A stretch of 64,000 nucleotides of DNA from a virus (Duplodnaviria > Caudoviricetes). Of the stretch, positions 47,378-57,157 are shown piece after piece. The stretch lies in IMG/VR virus record IMGVR_UViG_3300048591_000242, positions 32,001-96,000 of that record; one strand, 5' to 3'. The notes below the pieces were generated by a model, which was given only the letters and a program-made list of their open reading frames with translations, was not told the DNA's origin and made no database searches. Position 1 is the first letter of the stretch. Every line of letters begins with the position of its first letter. A program made the translations under genes and the position numbers.

Positions 47378-49462
47378 TTAATCAAATCTAGCTGTACCTC
47401 TATATACAGATTTCAGTACGTTACCAGCCTCTGTACCTGCAAAGTAGTTAGCCCAACTAGAAGGAGACATCCACGTACTAATGTCAGCCATTTGATTACG
47501 CCAAGCTAGTCGCATTTTAGGTACAAAATAGAACTGGTCATATAACCGTAATCCACCTAAAGCAGCCATGTAGTCAGAGGCTACTGTATCCTCATCAAAC
47601 ATAGACAGTGATAATAGATCTAACGGACCAGCTATATCGGTAATTGGTATATGCATAATCTTGTTTAGGTTTATTACACTAAACGATACATCTACTGAGG
47701 TAGGTAAGCCATCAGCAGACCAACCTATGCCACCAGTACCACGCTCTATACTTATACTGTCAATTATACCCATTCTAATAATGTTACGTCCCTCACTATG
47801 TAGGTTACACAGAAAAGGAGAGGCATATGAGTTCTTACCGGTACTTCTAGGTAAAGCTCCAGCTAGTAACATACAAAGAGGAATATAAATGTTAGTCAGA
47901 ATAGATAGCTTATTTCCATAAGGAGTAGCTAGCTTTATGGTGTAACTATTTTTAGGTAAATCCGCAGTAGAGTCTTCCCAGAAGTCAGGCATATCTACAA
48001 AGGCAGAGCCGCCCATAGCAGCTAACCCGCTAAGACCTACACTGACTAAACCACCTTCTACAAAATCTCCTATAGCAGTACCTATAGATTCTAATGCATT
48101 GAATAATGGGTTATCACCTAAATTTCCTCCAGCAAAGTTAAACTTAAAACTTCTAGCCTTAGAAGAAGCTGAGTTAACCATACTCTCTACATCAGATGAT
48201 CTAGTACTATTGCTAAAGGATTCACTAGTGGAACCTTCATAATCCACATTAAACGTAACGAATGCCGAACCGTCATTTAATTCTCTTTGAAAGTAATCAC
48301 CATTAGTCTTAGGATCGTCCCAGGGTTTAGCTACCTCTATACGGTTTTTAGCGTATACGGCCGCTGCCTCTCTAGCCGCTTTGGCGTCCGTGGCAGTGTT
48401 GGCTTTCATAGGGGTTTCTTGTTTACTAAGACCACTATCTCCCTTACCTATTAAACTTTCCTTATAAAAGGTATCTAGGTAAGTAGGTAAGGAATACGTC
48501 TTATTGTAACTCTCTGCTCTAGGTGGATCTAGCTTAGAATTAAGATAAGCGGTGATCTTCTCACTATAATTTGCATAGTCGCCACCAGACTCCGCTATAG
48601 CTTTTAATCTTTGTTGGTGCTGGTTAGCTAGCTTCTGTGCTCTACTGGCAATGGAGTATATATCTATACCGCCGTCACTGCGCATAAAGTCAGGTAACAT
48701 ACGGTTTAGTACCCGTACCTCATCATCATCTAAACCATCCGAGTAATTCATCTTCTTAGAGGGATCTGTATCAGTTATATCCGTACCGTCTAGACCAGAT
48801 GGATCTGGACCCTCTACTAAACCCATATTTACCGCTATACGGTTTACTAGTACGGATACGGCAGTCCAGTATAAAGGCATAGTAGGTTTTAAGTAGCAAA
48901 ACTTACTATACGGGTTACCCCCTGCAAATGAGACTAGTCTACTTACTACGTTGCTAGCTCCCATTATTAACTGAAATGGTAAAGTCAATAAGAAGCCAGC
49001 CGCTCTACCTGCCGTAAATGCAAAAGGCGTACTGTCTCCAGAGTTTACTAAATGGCCTATCTCGTGGTCGTAGAATCTGGTAAAGAAGTTTGTCATGGAG
49101 TTATAGGCAGGTACTCCAAATGACATGTGTATTCTCTGAGCATTATCATCTATGGCCTCAGAGTAATATTCACCCATACCCTTACTGGAGCTAGCTAGTC
49201 CAGGTAACTTAGGATCAGCCCATCTAGTAAACTGTGGTCTTGGGTTTATTGCAAAATTACCCCCTGGGGTAGTGTCCGTATATTTTATCTCAGCGGAGCT
49301 ATAGGTTCTACCTTTCTTTTCATTTGATCTGGCAGTAAGCTTAGCTGCTACTACAGCTCCTTCATCTAGGTTAACTGAACCAGGTATAAAGAACGCCTGC
49401 TTTACCCAGTTTCGATCTGAGCTTATATTGTTAATATCTAAGTTAATCGTGGAATTTGACAT
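47378..49462 (-). CDS. Tail/baseplate structural protein (phiKZ gp182-like, 694 aa)
   Basis: Directly downstream of the gp181-like gene; DTT.GGNFAINP.PQFTR.AD and GMG.YYSEAIDDN motifs recall this family. Confidence 0.6.
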   Translation of the reverse strand: MSNSTINLDINNISSDRNWVKQAFFIPGSVNLDEGAVVAAKLTARSNEKKGRTYSSAEIKYTDTTPGGNFAINPRPQFTRWADPKLPGLASSSKGMGEYYSEAIDDNAQRIHMSFGVPAYNSMTNFFTRFYDHEIGHLVNSGDSTPFAFTAGRAAGFLLTLPFQLIMGASNVVSRLVSFAGGNPYSKFCYLKPTMPLYWTAVSVLVNRIAVNMGLVEGPDPSGLDGTDITDTDPSKKMNYSDGLDDDEVRVLNRMLPDFMRSDGGIDIYSIASRAQKLANQHQQRLKAIAESGGDYANYSEKITAYLNSKLDPPRAESYNKTYSLPTYLDTFYKESLIGKGDSGLSKQETPMKANTATDAKAAREAAAVYAKNRIEVAKPWDDPKTNGDYFQRELNDGSAFVTFNVDYEGSTSESFSNSTRSSDVESMVNSASSKARSFKFNFAGGNLGDNPLFNALESIGTAIGDFVEGGLVSVGLSGLAAMGGSAFVDMPDFWEDSTADLPKNSYTIKLATPYGNKLSILTNIYIPLCMLLAGALPRSTGKNSYASPFLCNLHSEGRNIIRMGIIDSISIERGTGGIGWSADGLPTSVDVSFSVINLNKIMHIPITDIAGPLDLLSLSMFDEDTVASDYMAALGGLRLYDQFYFVPKMRLAWRNQMADISTWMSPSSWANYFAGTEAGNVLKSVYRGTARFD

Positions 49463-49520
49463 AAAAGATTTTCCCCTCCAAAGCCAAGAATAATGTCACG
49501 TCCATGTGACTGTATTCACT

Positions 49521-52500
49521 TTACTGATCGTAATTTAAAACCCCAGTAGTGTATTGGGTTTTACCCCAACTGTTACCGGGTCCTTGTTTGGATTTATTAG
49601 CTACGGGCTTAGTAGTTTTAGTTTCATTATTTTCTCCCTTAGAAACCTCTATTACCCTCTGTTCAGATATAGCCATTAGCAGAGCATCTAGCTTCTCAAT
49701 AACTACCTTTTGTCCAGCTATCTGAGTATTACGCTGCTCTCCTGCTTTATTAGCTAAAGCTTCTTGAGACTTAAGCATAGTACTTACCAGAACATCTGTC
49801 TTATCTGTAGCTACCGACAAAGAAGGCTTCTCCTTTGTCTCACTGGAGCTTAACTTAGCCAGCATGTCAGCTAACTCTACGGCGGCACCGGCCACCATAC
49901 GACGTCTACCAAACTCAGGGAAGACGTCTTCTGGACCACCCATGCCTCCTGCCTCATACTCTTCAAAGTCAGCAGATTCACGGATATTGTCTTTAGCCAC
50001 CATAGTAGCTACAGCAGAAGTACCCTTAACTTCAGGTATATCCATATCCTGCTTAGCTAATCCCTCTAAACGTTTATTTCTATCATTTAGCTCCTTTTGT
50101 AATGCAGTTTTAATGCTGGGTTCTACTGAGGCCAATGGGTCCATAGGTTTGTTGTCCTTACCTATGTGCTCAAAGCGCAGATGTGGTCCGGTACTATTAC
50201 CCGTACTACCTACATACCCTATAAGCTGTCCTTTAGTAACAGTACCGCCTACAGTAAGGTTATCATCAAAATCACTAAGATGGCCGTATCTAGTACTAGT
50301 GCCGTCTGGGTGCTCTATGTAAATTACCTTACCGGCAGTTTTGCTATTACCCTTACGTACTACCACACCCTCCATGGCAGAGACTACATCAGTGCCCATA
50401 GGGGCAGCTATGTCTATACCTGTGTGATTCCGTTTTGTTCCATCAAAAGGATCATCTCGCTCTCCAAATTCAGAAGTAAGCATACCTGTAGATAAAGGTA
50501 ACAAAATGTTTTCTTTATCGTTTATGTCCTTCTTGTTTAGATCGCTATATTGACCAGCATTACGGATAACGTTATCTAGTGATACATAGCTAGCTTCGTC
50601 CTTATAATCCTCCCCTATATCAGCAGAAGAACGCATTTTAGACTTAGCTAGACTAATATTACTTTTAGCTTTAGCAGAGGTCTCTACTGGTTTAGGTAAG
50701 ATAGACAATGGATCAAAGTCATCCAACTCCTTAGTTGTATCTAAGGAGGCTATTAAAGCTTTTACATATTCAGATATAAGCTCTACGTTACTTTCTATCT
50801 TAGTACCTTTCTTAGGAGAAGCTGTCCATCTATAAGGATCTACTCCTGTCTCTCTAATATCCTTTTCAGTAAACTGCACTGAAGTAATATACTTAAGCTT
50901 CATGGAATCATCTAACTCATCATCCACGTCATCTAAGTCTACACCGCTATCCATACCCTTAAGTACAGCTAGGTGTGTGAAGAACACAGGTACAAACCTT
51001 TTAGTAAACCAGGTACCCCATTGTACAGCGTCTGCCTCATTATCCAGAAACATACCAAAATCTTCAGCATATTCCTTAAAGAACCAAGCTACATCTTCAT
51101 CCAATGAAGGTACATTACCACTCCAGCTAATTTCACTTAAAGCGCCGTCTTCTAATCTACGAATGCAATAGATTAACTCCTCATCATTAAGTTTAGCACC
51201 GTATTGTAAAAACCTAAGTCCCTCTAATGGCTCTACACTACTACCGTACGAAAGGTGCTTATACAGCTTATAGCCACCATAGGCTAATCCCCCTATAGCA
51301 GCAGCACCTAATACTAAAGGCAGTACACCTACTGAGGCTATTGCTCCTCCTACAGTAGCCGCTCCGCTACTAATAGCCGCTGTAGTAGCCGCTGTAGCCG
51401 TAGTGGCTGCCGTAGCTACACCGCTAGGTATGAGCATACCGGCCGCTCGTATAGCGGCACCACCGGCACCACCTAGCAGACCTAATGCTTTGCTGCCCCC
51501 GGACTTTAACATCCCGCCCAGTTTAGCTAACTTACCACCTTTAGTTTTAGGTTTGCCGTCTTTACCCATATCAGGTAAATCAGGGCCTCCGCCAAATATA
51601 CTACCTAAAGCCTTACCGCCTAAAAGCATAGCCACTAAATCACCTATTTTAGAAACAGCTCCACCTACCATACCGGCTACACCGGCTATAGCTTTGGTTA
51701 GGAAATCAAAAGGACTTTCCTTCTCTTTCTTTTCTTTAGTAGGCTTAGATTCAGCTTTAGCATCTGACGCAGCTTCCGCCTTTGCTTTACGCCTAGCCAG
51801 TATAGCTCTCCAACTATTATCTCTAAGCCCATCGTCGTCACTGTCCCCTGAGATCTTTCTTTTGGCTTCAGCTACGGTGTTGGTAGAGATAGTCTTAAGG
51901 GTCTCTAAGGATTCAGCCATATAGGCCTTTATGGAATACTTTTCAGTATCATCCTCATCCCTAGTATCTATCTCCCCAGTTCGAGTATAGCTATTTTGCT
52001 GCTGACTTTCCTCCTCTTCTATTCTACCACTGCGTTTACCCATGGGTATGGCGGTACCATCTGGAGTAACTACTATTGGATCAGATTCATTGTAGTCGTC
52101 ATAGTCGGTATTATCATTAGAGATGTGTTTATATATTCTATCTAAATAACCTACCTGTTTGTTTAGAATGGCGTTAGTTTCATCTAAACCTATAAACCCA
52201 GGTAACTTAAAATCAGACAGGCTATCTCGTACTGATCCCGCAGCATTAGCAAATAGATTCTTACCAGCAGACAGTTGCTCCAGTATCCATTCTTTAGCGT
52301 CTATACCGTCTGGTATTTTAAACTTACCGGATTCTATTAGTTTATTTATAGCCTCCGGATTCATCTGCTTTATGCGATCCATCATAGCGGTAGGGTCAAA
52401 GCTTGGGTTGTTTATGGTATTAGCCTTAATCATCTCTATTACCTGAGCATGATCTAAACCTTTAAATCTACCAGTAACGCCCTTAGCTACATCCATACCT

Positions 52501-55500
52501 CTGTCGTATACATCTCCTATTACTCTAGCCCCTGTCTTATAGGAAGACTTTACTAGATCTAAAGCTTTCCTTCCAGCGGATAGACCTAATCCAGATGCCT
52601 TCTTAAGGTAAGCCCCTATTAAGCCTCTGGCTCCTTTAGTCTCTATGGAAATGCCGAATCTATCCACCAATCCTCTGGTATACTCGGCCATAGACAGTAT
52701 CATGTTTCCATCTATATCAACAACGTCACCATCTATCTCATCCATAGTTAGAATAGGCTCCCCTGTCTTCTTAGAGAAATATCCGCCATTACGCATAATT
52801 ACTGCTTTTAACCTGGGTGTATCCTCACCGACTACATAAGCATCTCTTAGGGTATTTGCTCTTTTACGGATAAAGTCTAATACCTTTCCGGGTAACTTAG
52901 CTACTCCTTCTATTATGTTAGCCTGCATATTAAATGCGGCTTTAAAGGGGGCTACTATAGCTGAGAATATAGATCTGTCTTCCTTGGCAAGATAGTTCTT
53001 CATGGACTCGTGTATATTACCTAAAACAGAGCCTCCCATGGATAGACCGGTCTTAGTAATGTTAGCCATACCTTCATAGAAGTTTCCTACTAAGCTAACA
53101 AACTTACCTGCCCCAGATTTCAAACCAGAAACAAAGTTAGTGGGTTTAATAAAACCTTCTTTACCAGTAAGAGCATATACAGTGTTACCACCTGCAGCCG
53201 CGACCTGTTCTAGAAGCACATGGTTTGTTTTGAAATTATCATTAATAGCATCTAGCAATAAATGAAAGTCAAAACTCTTACCTACTTCGTTCTCCGGTAA
53301 ATCCATAGTTACAGCTAACGCCCTAGAGCCGGAATCACCTATTCTCCATTTCTTATCCAACTCCTCTACTAGATCACCACGATGTTTGTCCAGTACCTTA
53401 GATATAGACTCTTCATCTATAGAAGCAGATACGTTAAAACTAGAAGGTAAGGATTCTCTATCCAGTGGCATTTTTGCCTGACTATCTACCACTGTTCTTG
53501 GAGCATAGTTGCTTCTGGTAAAAGACCGCATTGTGTCAGATACATTCGCTACTTCGTCTCTACCGGAGAAACGTTTAGCGATAAGTGCGTTATCTACCTT
53601 ATCTCCTTTCTCGGTGTTCGTGATTATACCTAGATTTCTAAGAATTTCCTTTTCGCCAGTACTATGGTATTTGGATAATGCACTAGTTAGCTCACCGGAG
53701 ATATCACCCAAAGACTTAAGCTTCTTATCTAGCTCTAAAATAGCACCGGCACTTAAATCTTTCTTACCAGACAATGCCGCATCTATTTCCTTAGCATCCT
53801 CATCCTTTATGCTTTTGTCTAAACTATCCAGCTTAAACATATCCATCTTAAAGCGATCTGCTCGCTCACCACTTATAAGAAGTTGATCTATAAGGGACTC
53901 GGTAGCAGACTCACTTAGTTTGGTATCACCTAAGATATTACCGGCTAACTCTCTGGCCTCTTCCCTGCGCTTAGTAATCTTCTCTGAATCAAATACCTTT
54001 CTACCCACAATGTCAGAAGCATCATTTAAACCTATGAAACTTTCCGTGTCGGTAGAAAACACTAATCTATCGTTTTCTGTACCAGTAGCTATATTAGTTA
54101 CTTGCTGCAAAATACGTGATAGATATCCCGGAATAACCTCTATCCAGGTTCTACGCATAAGGTTATCCATACTACCAATCTGATCGGTAGCTGAACTACT
54201 TAACGTATTTAGTATCTTCTTCTGGTTATTTAACTCAGGCATTAGCTCACGTAAGGTTTGAAGAATCATACCGTCTTCATTCTTACTAGATTCAAAGCGC
54301 AAACCTTTCTTAGCTAGATCTTCACTGATTACTTCATTGCCAAACTCATCATAAAGAGCACCTTTTATATCAGAGGATTTCTTTATAACCGGACTATCTT
54401 CATCTGGGCCACTACGATAGCCGCCCTTACGTAATTCTTCTCCAGATAAAATTAATTCACCAGTTTCAGAATTATAAACATCCTTATTTGCAAATTTAGA
54501 GGCTAGCCTATTAGCTAACTCGATACCGGGTACAGAAGACAAGTCTATACCTATATCCTCTCCTCTACCAAACTCTGAAGCCAGTTGCGGTATGTTATTG
54601 ATAAGGTACTGTAACTGAGCCGAGCTTTCCATTAGCTTAGGATTAGCGCGTAGCTTCTCCCCTAGAATCGTAGCTAACTTACTAGCGCCTTTCCCTACAG
54701 CGGAATCAGCTAATAAACCACCGCCCATAGCTAACTTATCTATGCCCATCTCATCCATTTCTACGGACATACTGACGGCGTCAGCAGCACTACCCATAGC
54801 GTCATTTACAGTACTTACCCAGTCCTTTACCTTACCTTTGATGTTACCGGCTATCTTACCGCCAAACTTACTAAAGAATGTAGTGGCGCTTTCAGAAGCA
54901 GATCCCAATAACTGCTCAGTCATTATTCTGGCATAGTTCTCACTCATCTGAATCTTAAGTGGCTCAGGTAGAGCAGAGTTCTTAGTAATGGCATCCAACT
55001 GTTGTCTGGTTGTATCGGCTGAAGTTTTATTAAGAGACAGCATATCCTTAAGAATGAAATACTGTCTCATTTGTAAATCTAGACTCTTACGCTGATAGTT
55101 TTCTAGAATAGTATCCTGATATCCTACGAGCCTACTAATACCCTTAGATATGTTTTCTATACCACCTAATGACTCAGCGTGTCTTACATTTTCAAGTTCA
55201 GAGTCTTTAATGCTTTTTAGAATCTCAAATTCGTCTTTCTTACCCTCTACTTCCTCTCGCTTACCGAATACATCCATCATGGAAGCTTGTATAGAGGCTT
55301 CCACTGGATCTATGGTAGGGGCAGACTGTCCTTTATCTGCAAAATTCTTTAACTTATCAGAAGCCCACTTAGGTAAGACTTTATCTATAGTAGCTGACTT
55401 CTTGTTAATTATAGAACGCAATGCCTCGGCAGCAGGCTCTAACTCTTTCTTGGCGGAATCATATAAGTCGCTACCTACGGATAAGGCATTGTCCGCTATG

Positions 55501-55721
55501 TCTATGGCTGACGAGTAGCCTTCCGGCAAAGCATGAGCTTTTACTGCCTTACCTATAGTTCTAGCCACGGATGTAGATAATACACTATCCAGCGCTCCAC
55601 TAGCTATTCTCTGTACAGGGGTACGATCATCTCTTACCTGATCATTCATGGGGTTGTAGTCTAAATCATCATCCCCTTCAAAGCCTGACCAGTCTGAATC
55701 AAAGTCAAAATCATCAGACAT
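49521..55721 (-). CDS. Giant tail protein (tape-measure/puncturing, phiKZ gp181-like) with a C-terminal M23 peptidase-like domain
   Basis: About 2066 aa, acidic MSDDFDFD start, helical body, Ala/Gly hydrophobic segment, HTGID...YGHLS...GSTGNSTGPHLRFE M23 domain; start set at ATG 55721 behind GAGGAG. Confidence 0.75.
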   Translation of the reverse strand: MSDDFDFDSDWSGFEGDDDLDYNPMNDQVRDDRTPVQRIASGALDSVLSTSVARTIGKAVKAHALPEGYSSAIDIADNALSVGSDLYDSAKKELEPAAEALRSIINKKSATIDKVLPKWASDKLKNFADKGQSAPTIDPVEASIQASMMDVFGKREEVEGKKDEFEILKSIKDSELENVRHAESLGGIENISKGISRLVGYQDTILENYQRKSLDLQMRQYFILKDMLSLNKTSADTTRQQLDAITKNSALPEPLKIQMSENYARIMTEQLLGSASESATTFFSKFGGKIAGNIKGKVKDWVSTVNDAMGSAADAVSMSVEMDEMGIDKLAMGGGLLADSAVGKGASKLATILGEKLRANPKLMESSAQLQYLINNIPQLASEFGRGEDIGIDLSSVPGIELANRLASKFANKDVYNSETGELILSGEELRKGGYRSGPDEDSPVIKKSSDIKGALYDEFGNEVISEDLAKKGLRFESSKNEDGMILQTLRELMPELNNQKKILNTLSSSATDQIGSMDNLMRRTWIEVIPGYLSRILQQVTNIATGTENDRLVFSTDTESFIGLNDASDIVGRKVFDSEKITKRREEARELAGNILGDTKLSESATESLIDQLLISGERADRFKMDMFKLDSLDKSIKDEDAKEIDAALSGKKDLSAGAILELDKKLKSLGDISGELTSALSKYHSTGEKEILRNLGIITNTEKGDKVDNALIAKRFSGRDEVANVSDTMRSFTRSNYAPRTVVDSQAKMPLDRESLPSSFNVSASIDEESISKVLDKHRGDLVEELDKKWRIGDSGSRALAVTMDLPENEVGKSFDFHLLLDAINDNFKTNHVLLEQVAAAGGNTVYALTGKEGFIKPTNFVSGLKSGAGKFVSLVGNFYEGMANITKTGLSMGGSVLGNIHESMKNYLAKEDRSIFSAIVAPFKAAFNMQANIIEGVAKLPGKVLDFIRKRANTLRDAYVVGEDTPRLKAVIMRNGGYFSKKTGEPILTMDEIDGDVVDIDGNMILSMAEYTRGLVDRFGISIETKGARGLIGAYLKKASGLGLSAGRKALDLVKSSYKTGARVIGDVYDRGMDVAKGVTGRFKGLDHAQVIEMIKANTINNPSFDPTAMMDRIKQMNPEAINKLIESGKFKIPDGIDAKEWILEQLSAGKNLFANAAGSVRDSLSDFKLPGFIGLDETNAILNKQVGYLDRIYKHISNDNTDYDDYNESDPIVVTPDGTAIPMGKRSGRIEEEESQQQNSYTRTGEIDTRDEDDTEKYSIKAYMAESLETLKTISTNTVAEAKRKISGDSDDDGLRDNSWRAILARRKAKAEAASDAKAESKPTKEKKEKESPFDFLTKAIAGVAGMVGGAVSKIGDLVAMLLGGKALGSIFGGGPDLPDMGKDGKPKTKGGKLAKLGGMLKSGGSKALGLLGGAGGAAIRAAGMLIPSGVATAATTATAATTAAISSGAATVGGAIASVGVLPLVLGAAAIGGLAYGGYKLYKHLSYGSSVEPLEGLRFLQYGAKLNDEELIYCIRRLEDGALSEISWSGNVPSLDEDVAWFFKEYAEDFGMFLDNEADAVQWGTWFTKRFVPVFFTHLAVLKGMDSGVDLDDVDDELDDSMKLKYITSVQFTEKDIRETGVDPYRWTASPKKGTKIESNVELISEYVKALIASLDTTKELDDFDPLSILPKPVETSAKAKSNISLAKSKMRSSADIGEDYKDEASYVSLDNVIRNAGQYSDLNKKDINDKENILLPLSTGMLTSEFGERDDPFDGTKRNHTGIDIAAPMGTDVVSAMEGVVVRKGNSKTAGKVIYIEHPDGTSTRYGHLSDFDDNLTVGGTVTKGQLIGYVGSTGNSTGPHLRFEHIGKDNKPMDPLASVEPSIKTALQKELNDRNKRLEGLAKQDMDIPEVKGTSAVATMVAKDNIRESADFEEYEAGGMGGPEDVFPEFGRRRMVAGAAVELADMLAKLSSSETKEKPSLSVATDKTDVLVSTMLKSQEALANKAGEQRNTQIAGQKVVIEKLDALLMAISEQRVIEVSKGENNETKTTKPVANKSKQGPGNSWGKTQYTTGVLNYDQ

Positions 55722-55795
55722 ATAAAACACTCCTCTAAAACGCTATTGCATTTATAATACAAATGATTCCCCTAATGTTTCAATGGTTTCTTAGG

Positions 55796-55805
55796 TATAT
55801 ATAAC
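55796..55805 (+). promoter_or_regulatory. Variant early promoter motif TATATATAAC
   Basis: One mismatch to TATATATTAC; same TTAGG prefix as 44063-44077; intergenic. Confidence 0.5.
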
Positions 55806-55875
55806 AGTACTGAAGGATAACAAAGTCCTTTGTTATGTTTTTTATTATAGGTATAACCTAAAAGGAAATACTAAT

Positions 55876-56382
55876 ATGAATCTTAAGAACTCGCATTTAA
55901 TAGACGGCGTGTTGGAAGAAGGAGATCCTATCTCCAACAACAGACTATTATTCTCACACCCGTACAACAATGATTATTGTATCGTACTGGATGGTGATAG
56001 CGCATATGTAATACCTAAAGACAATGGTGGTGATAACTTCACAACCTATGACTTTGATCCAACCACTTCTTTACTATGCAAGATAGTTGGCGATAACATA
56101 AAGGTTGCTACGTTACCCCTAATGGATGGGGATGTAGTTGTAGATACCAGCCCGTCGTATGTAGGACGCGCGCTGCACATAGAAAATGAATGTGGTGGTT
56201 GTGGTAGACCGCTATCTATATATGCGGCTAACGTAGATGAATTTGATGAGTTATCAAAAACACATCATGTTTATGATGGACTTCAAAACCACACATTGGA
56301 AGAAGCCGGTTTAGAAGCCGATGAAGTAGATTTAGTTATTGTAACTAGATCTAGTCGTTGTATGGATTGTAAAGAATACTAA
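55876..56382 (+). CDS. Hypothetical acidic protein with Cys motifs (168 aa)
   Basis: AAGGA RBS; CGGC and CMDC motifs. Confidence 0.6.
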   Translation: MNLKNSHLIDGVLEEGDPISNNRLLFSHPYNNDYCIVLDGDSAYVIPKDNGGDNFTTYDFDPTTSLLCKIVGDNIKVATLPLMDGDVVVDTSPSYVGRALHIENECGGCGRPLSIYAANVDEFDELSKTHHVYDGLQNHTLEEAGLEADEVDLVIVTRSSRCMDCKEY

Positions 56383-56425
56383 TATTAAACCTTAATAAAG
56401 GGTATAACCCTAAAGGAGAATAGCT

Positions 56426-57088
56426 ATGGCTATATACGGCATAGGCGCTATGTGTGGTGGTAATCACGACTATTCACTGGATTGTGCGCTGGGTAATTAC
56501 GTTTTTATAAACTGTCCCAGGGGGAAGAAGCCATCCATAGACAGGGTATTTGATTCAATGTCACTAGGCGACATAGTCTATGTAAAAACCACCAACCAAT
56601 ATGGCTTATATATTAAGTCCGTACACCTGGTAGTAAATGATGAGATAGAGCACATCTTAGATCGTGCCAACAGAGTAACCGGTTATAAAAGAAAAACCAT
56701 TTGCCTGTGGTATGGTAAGAATGCTAACAAATGGACTTACCTTTCTAAGAACATTGATGACCTACACTACATGCGTATGGGTCCAATTTATCCTGAACTA
56801 GGAGATAAGGTGGTGGATTCCATAAACGTTAAAGTATTAATGGATTGTGGTAAGATAAAACAACCAGTTAAACCCACTACGTTTGAAGAGGCTATAAAAA
56901 GAGTACTAGCTGGAGAGATGTTTACTGATAGAGAGACTCTTTTATTAACTGACATGGATGAACTAGTCGCCCATGCTCAAGCTAGAATGGGTTGTCTTGT
57001 AGGTGATCAGGATATTAGAGCGGCTAAGGATATAAATGGTTGTACCCCAGAGGATATTTATAACAGCCACAATTACGGTAGTAGATAG
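56426..57088 (+). CDS. Hypothetical protein, N-domain possibly PUA/EVE-like (220 aa)
   Basis: AGGAG RBS; GDIVYVK...IKSVHLV...W pattern. Confidence 0.55.
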   Translation: MAIYGIGAMCGGNHDYSLDCALGNYVFINCPRGKKPSIDRVFDSMSLGDIVYVKTTNQYGLYIKSVHLVVNDEIEHILDRANRVTGYKRKTICLWYGKNANKWTYLSKNIDDLHYMRMGPIYPELGDKVVDSINVKVLMDCGKIKQPVKPTTFEEAIKRVLAGEMFTDRETLLLTDMDELVAHAQARMGCLVGDQDIRAAKDINGCTPEDIYNSHNYGSR

Positions 57089-57097
57089 TTATAATAG

Positions 57098-57132
57098 ATA
57101 AAGGAGGGAATATCATCCTCCTTTATTTTTTT
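57098..57132 (+). terminator. Intrinsic terminator
   Basis: ATAAAGGAGG...CCTCCTTTAT plus T-tract. Confidence 0.6.
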
Positions 57133-57157
57133 AGTTTTTAAAAAGAAAAGGTGTAGT

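Noticed and set aside
49864-55518. Plus-strand ORFs up to 173 aa within the giant tail gene
   Set aside because: Antisense shadows with no RBS or motifs
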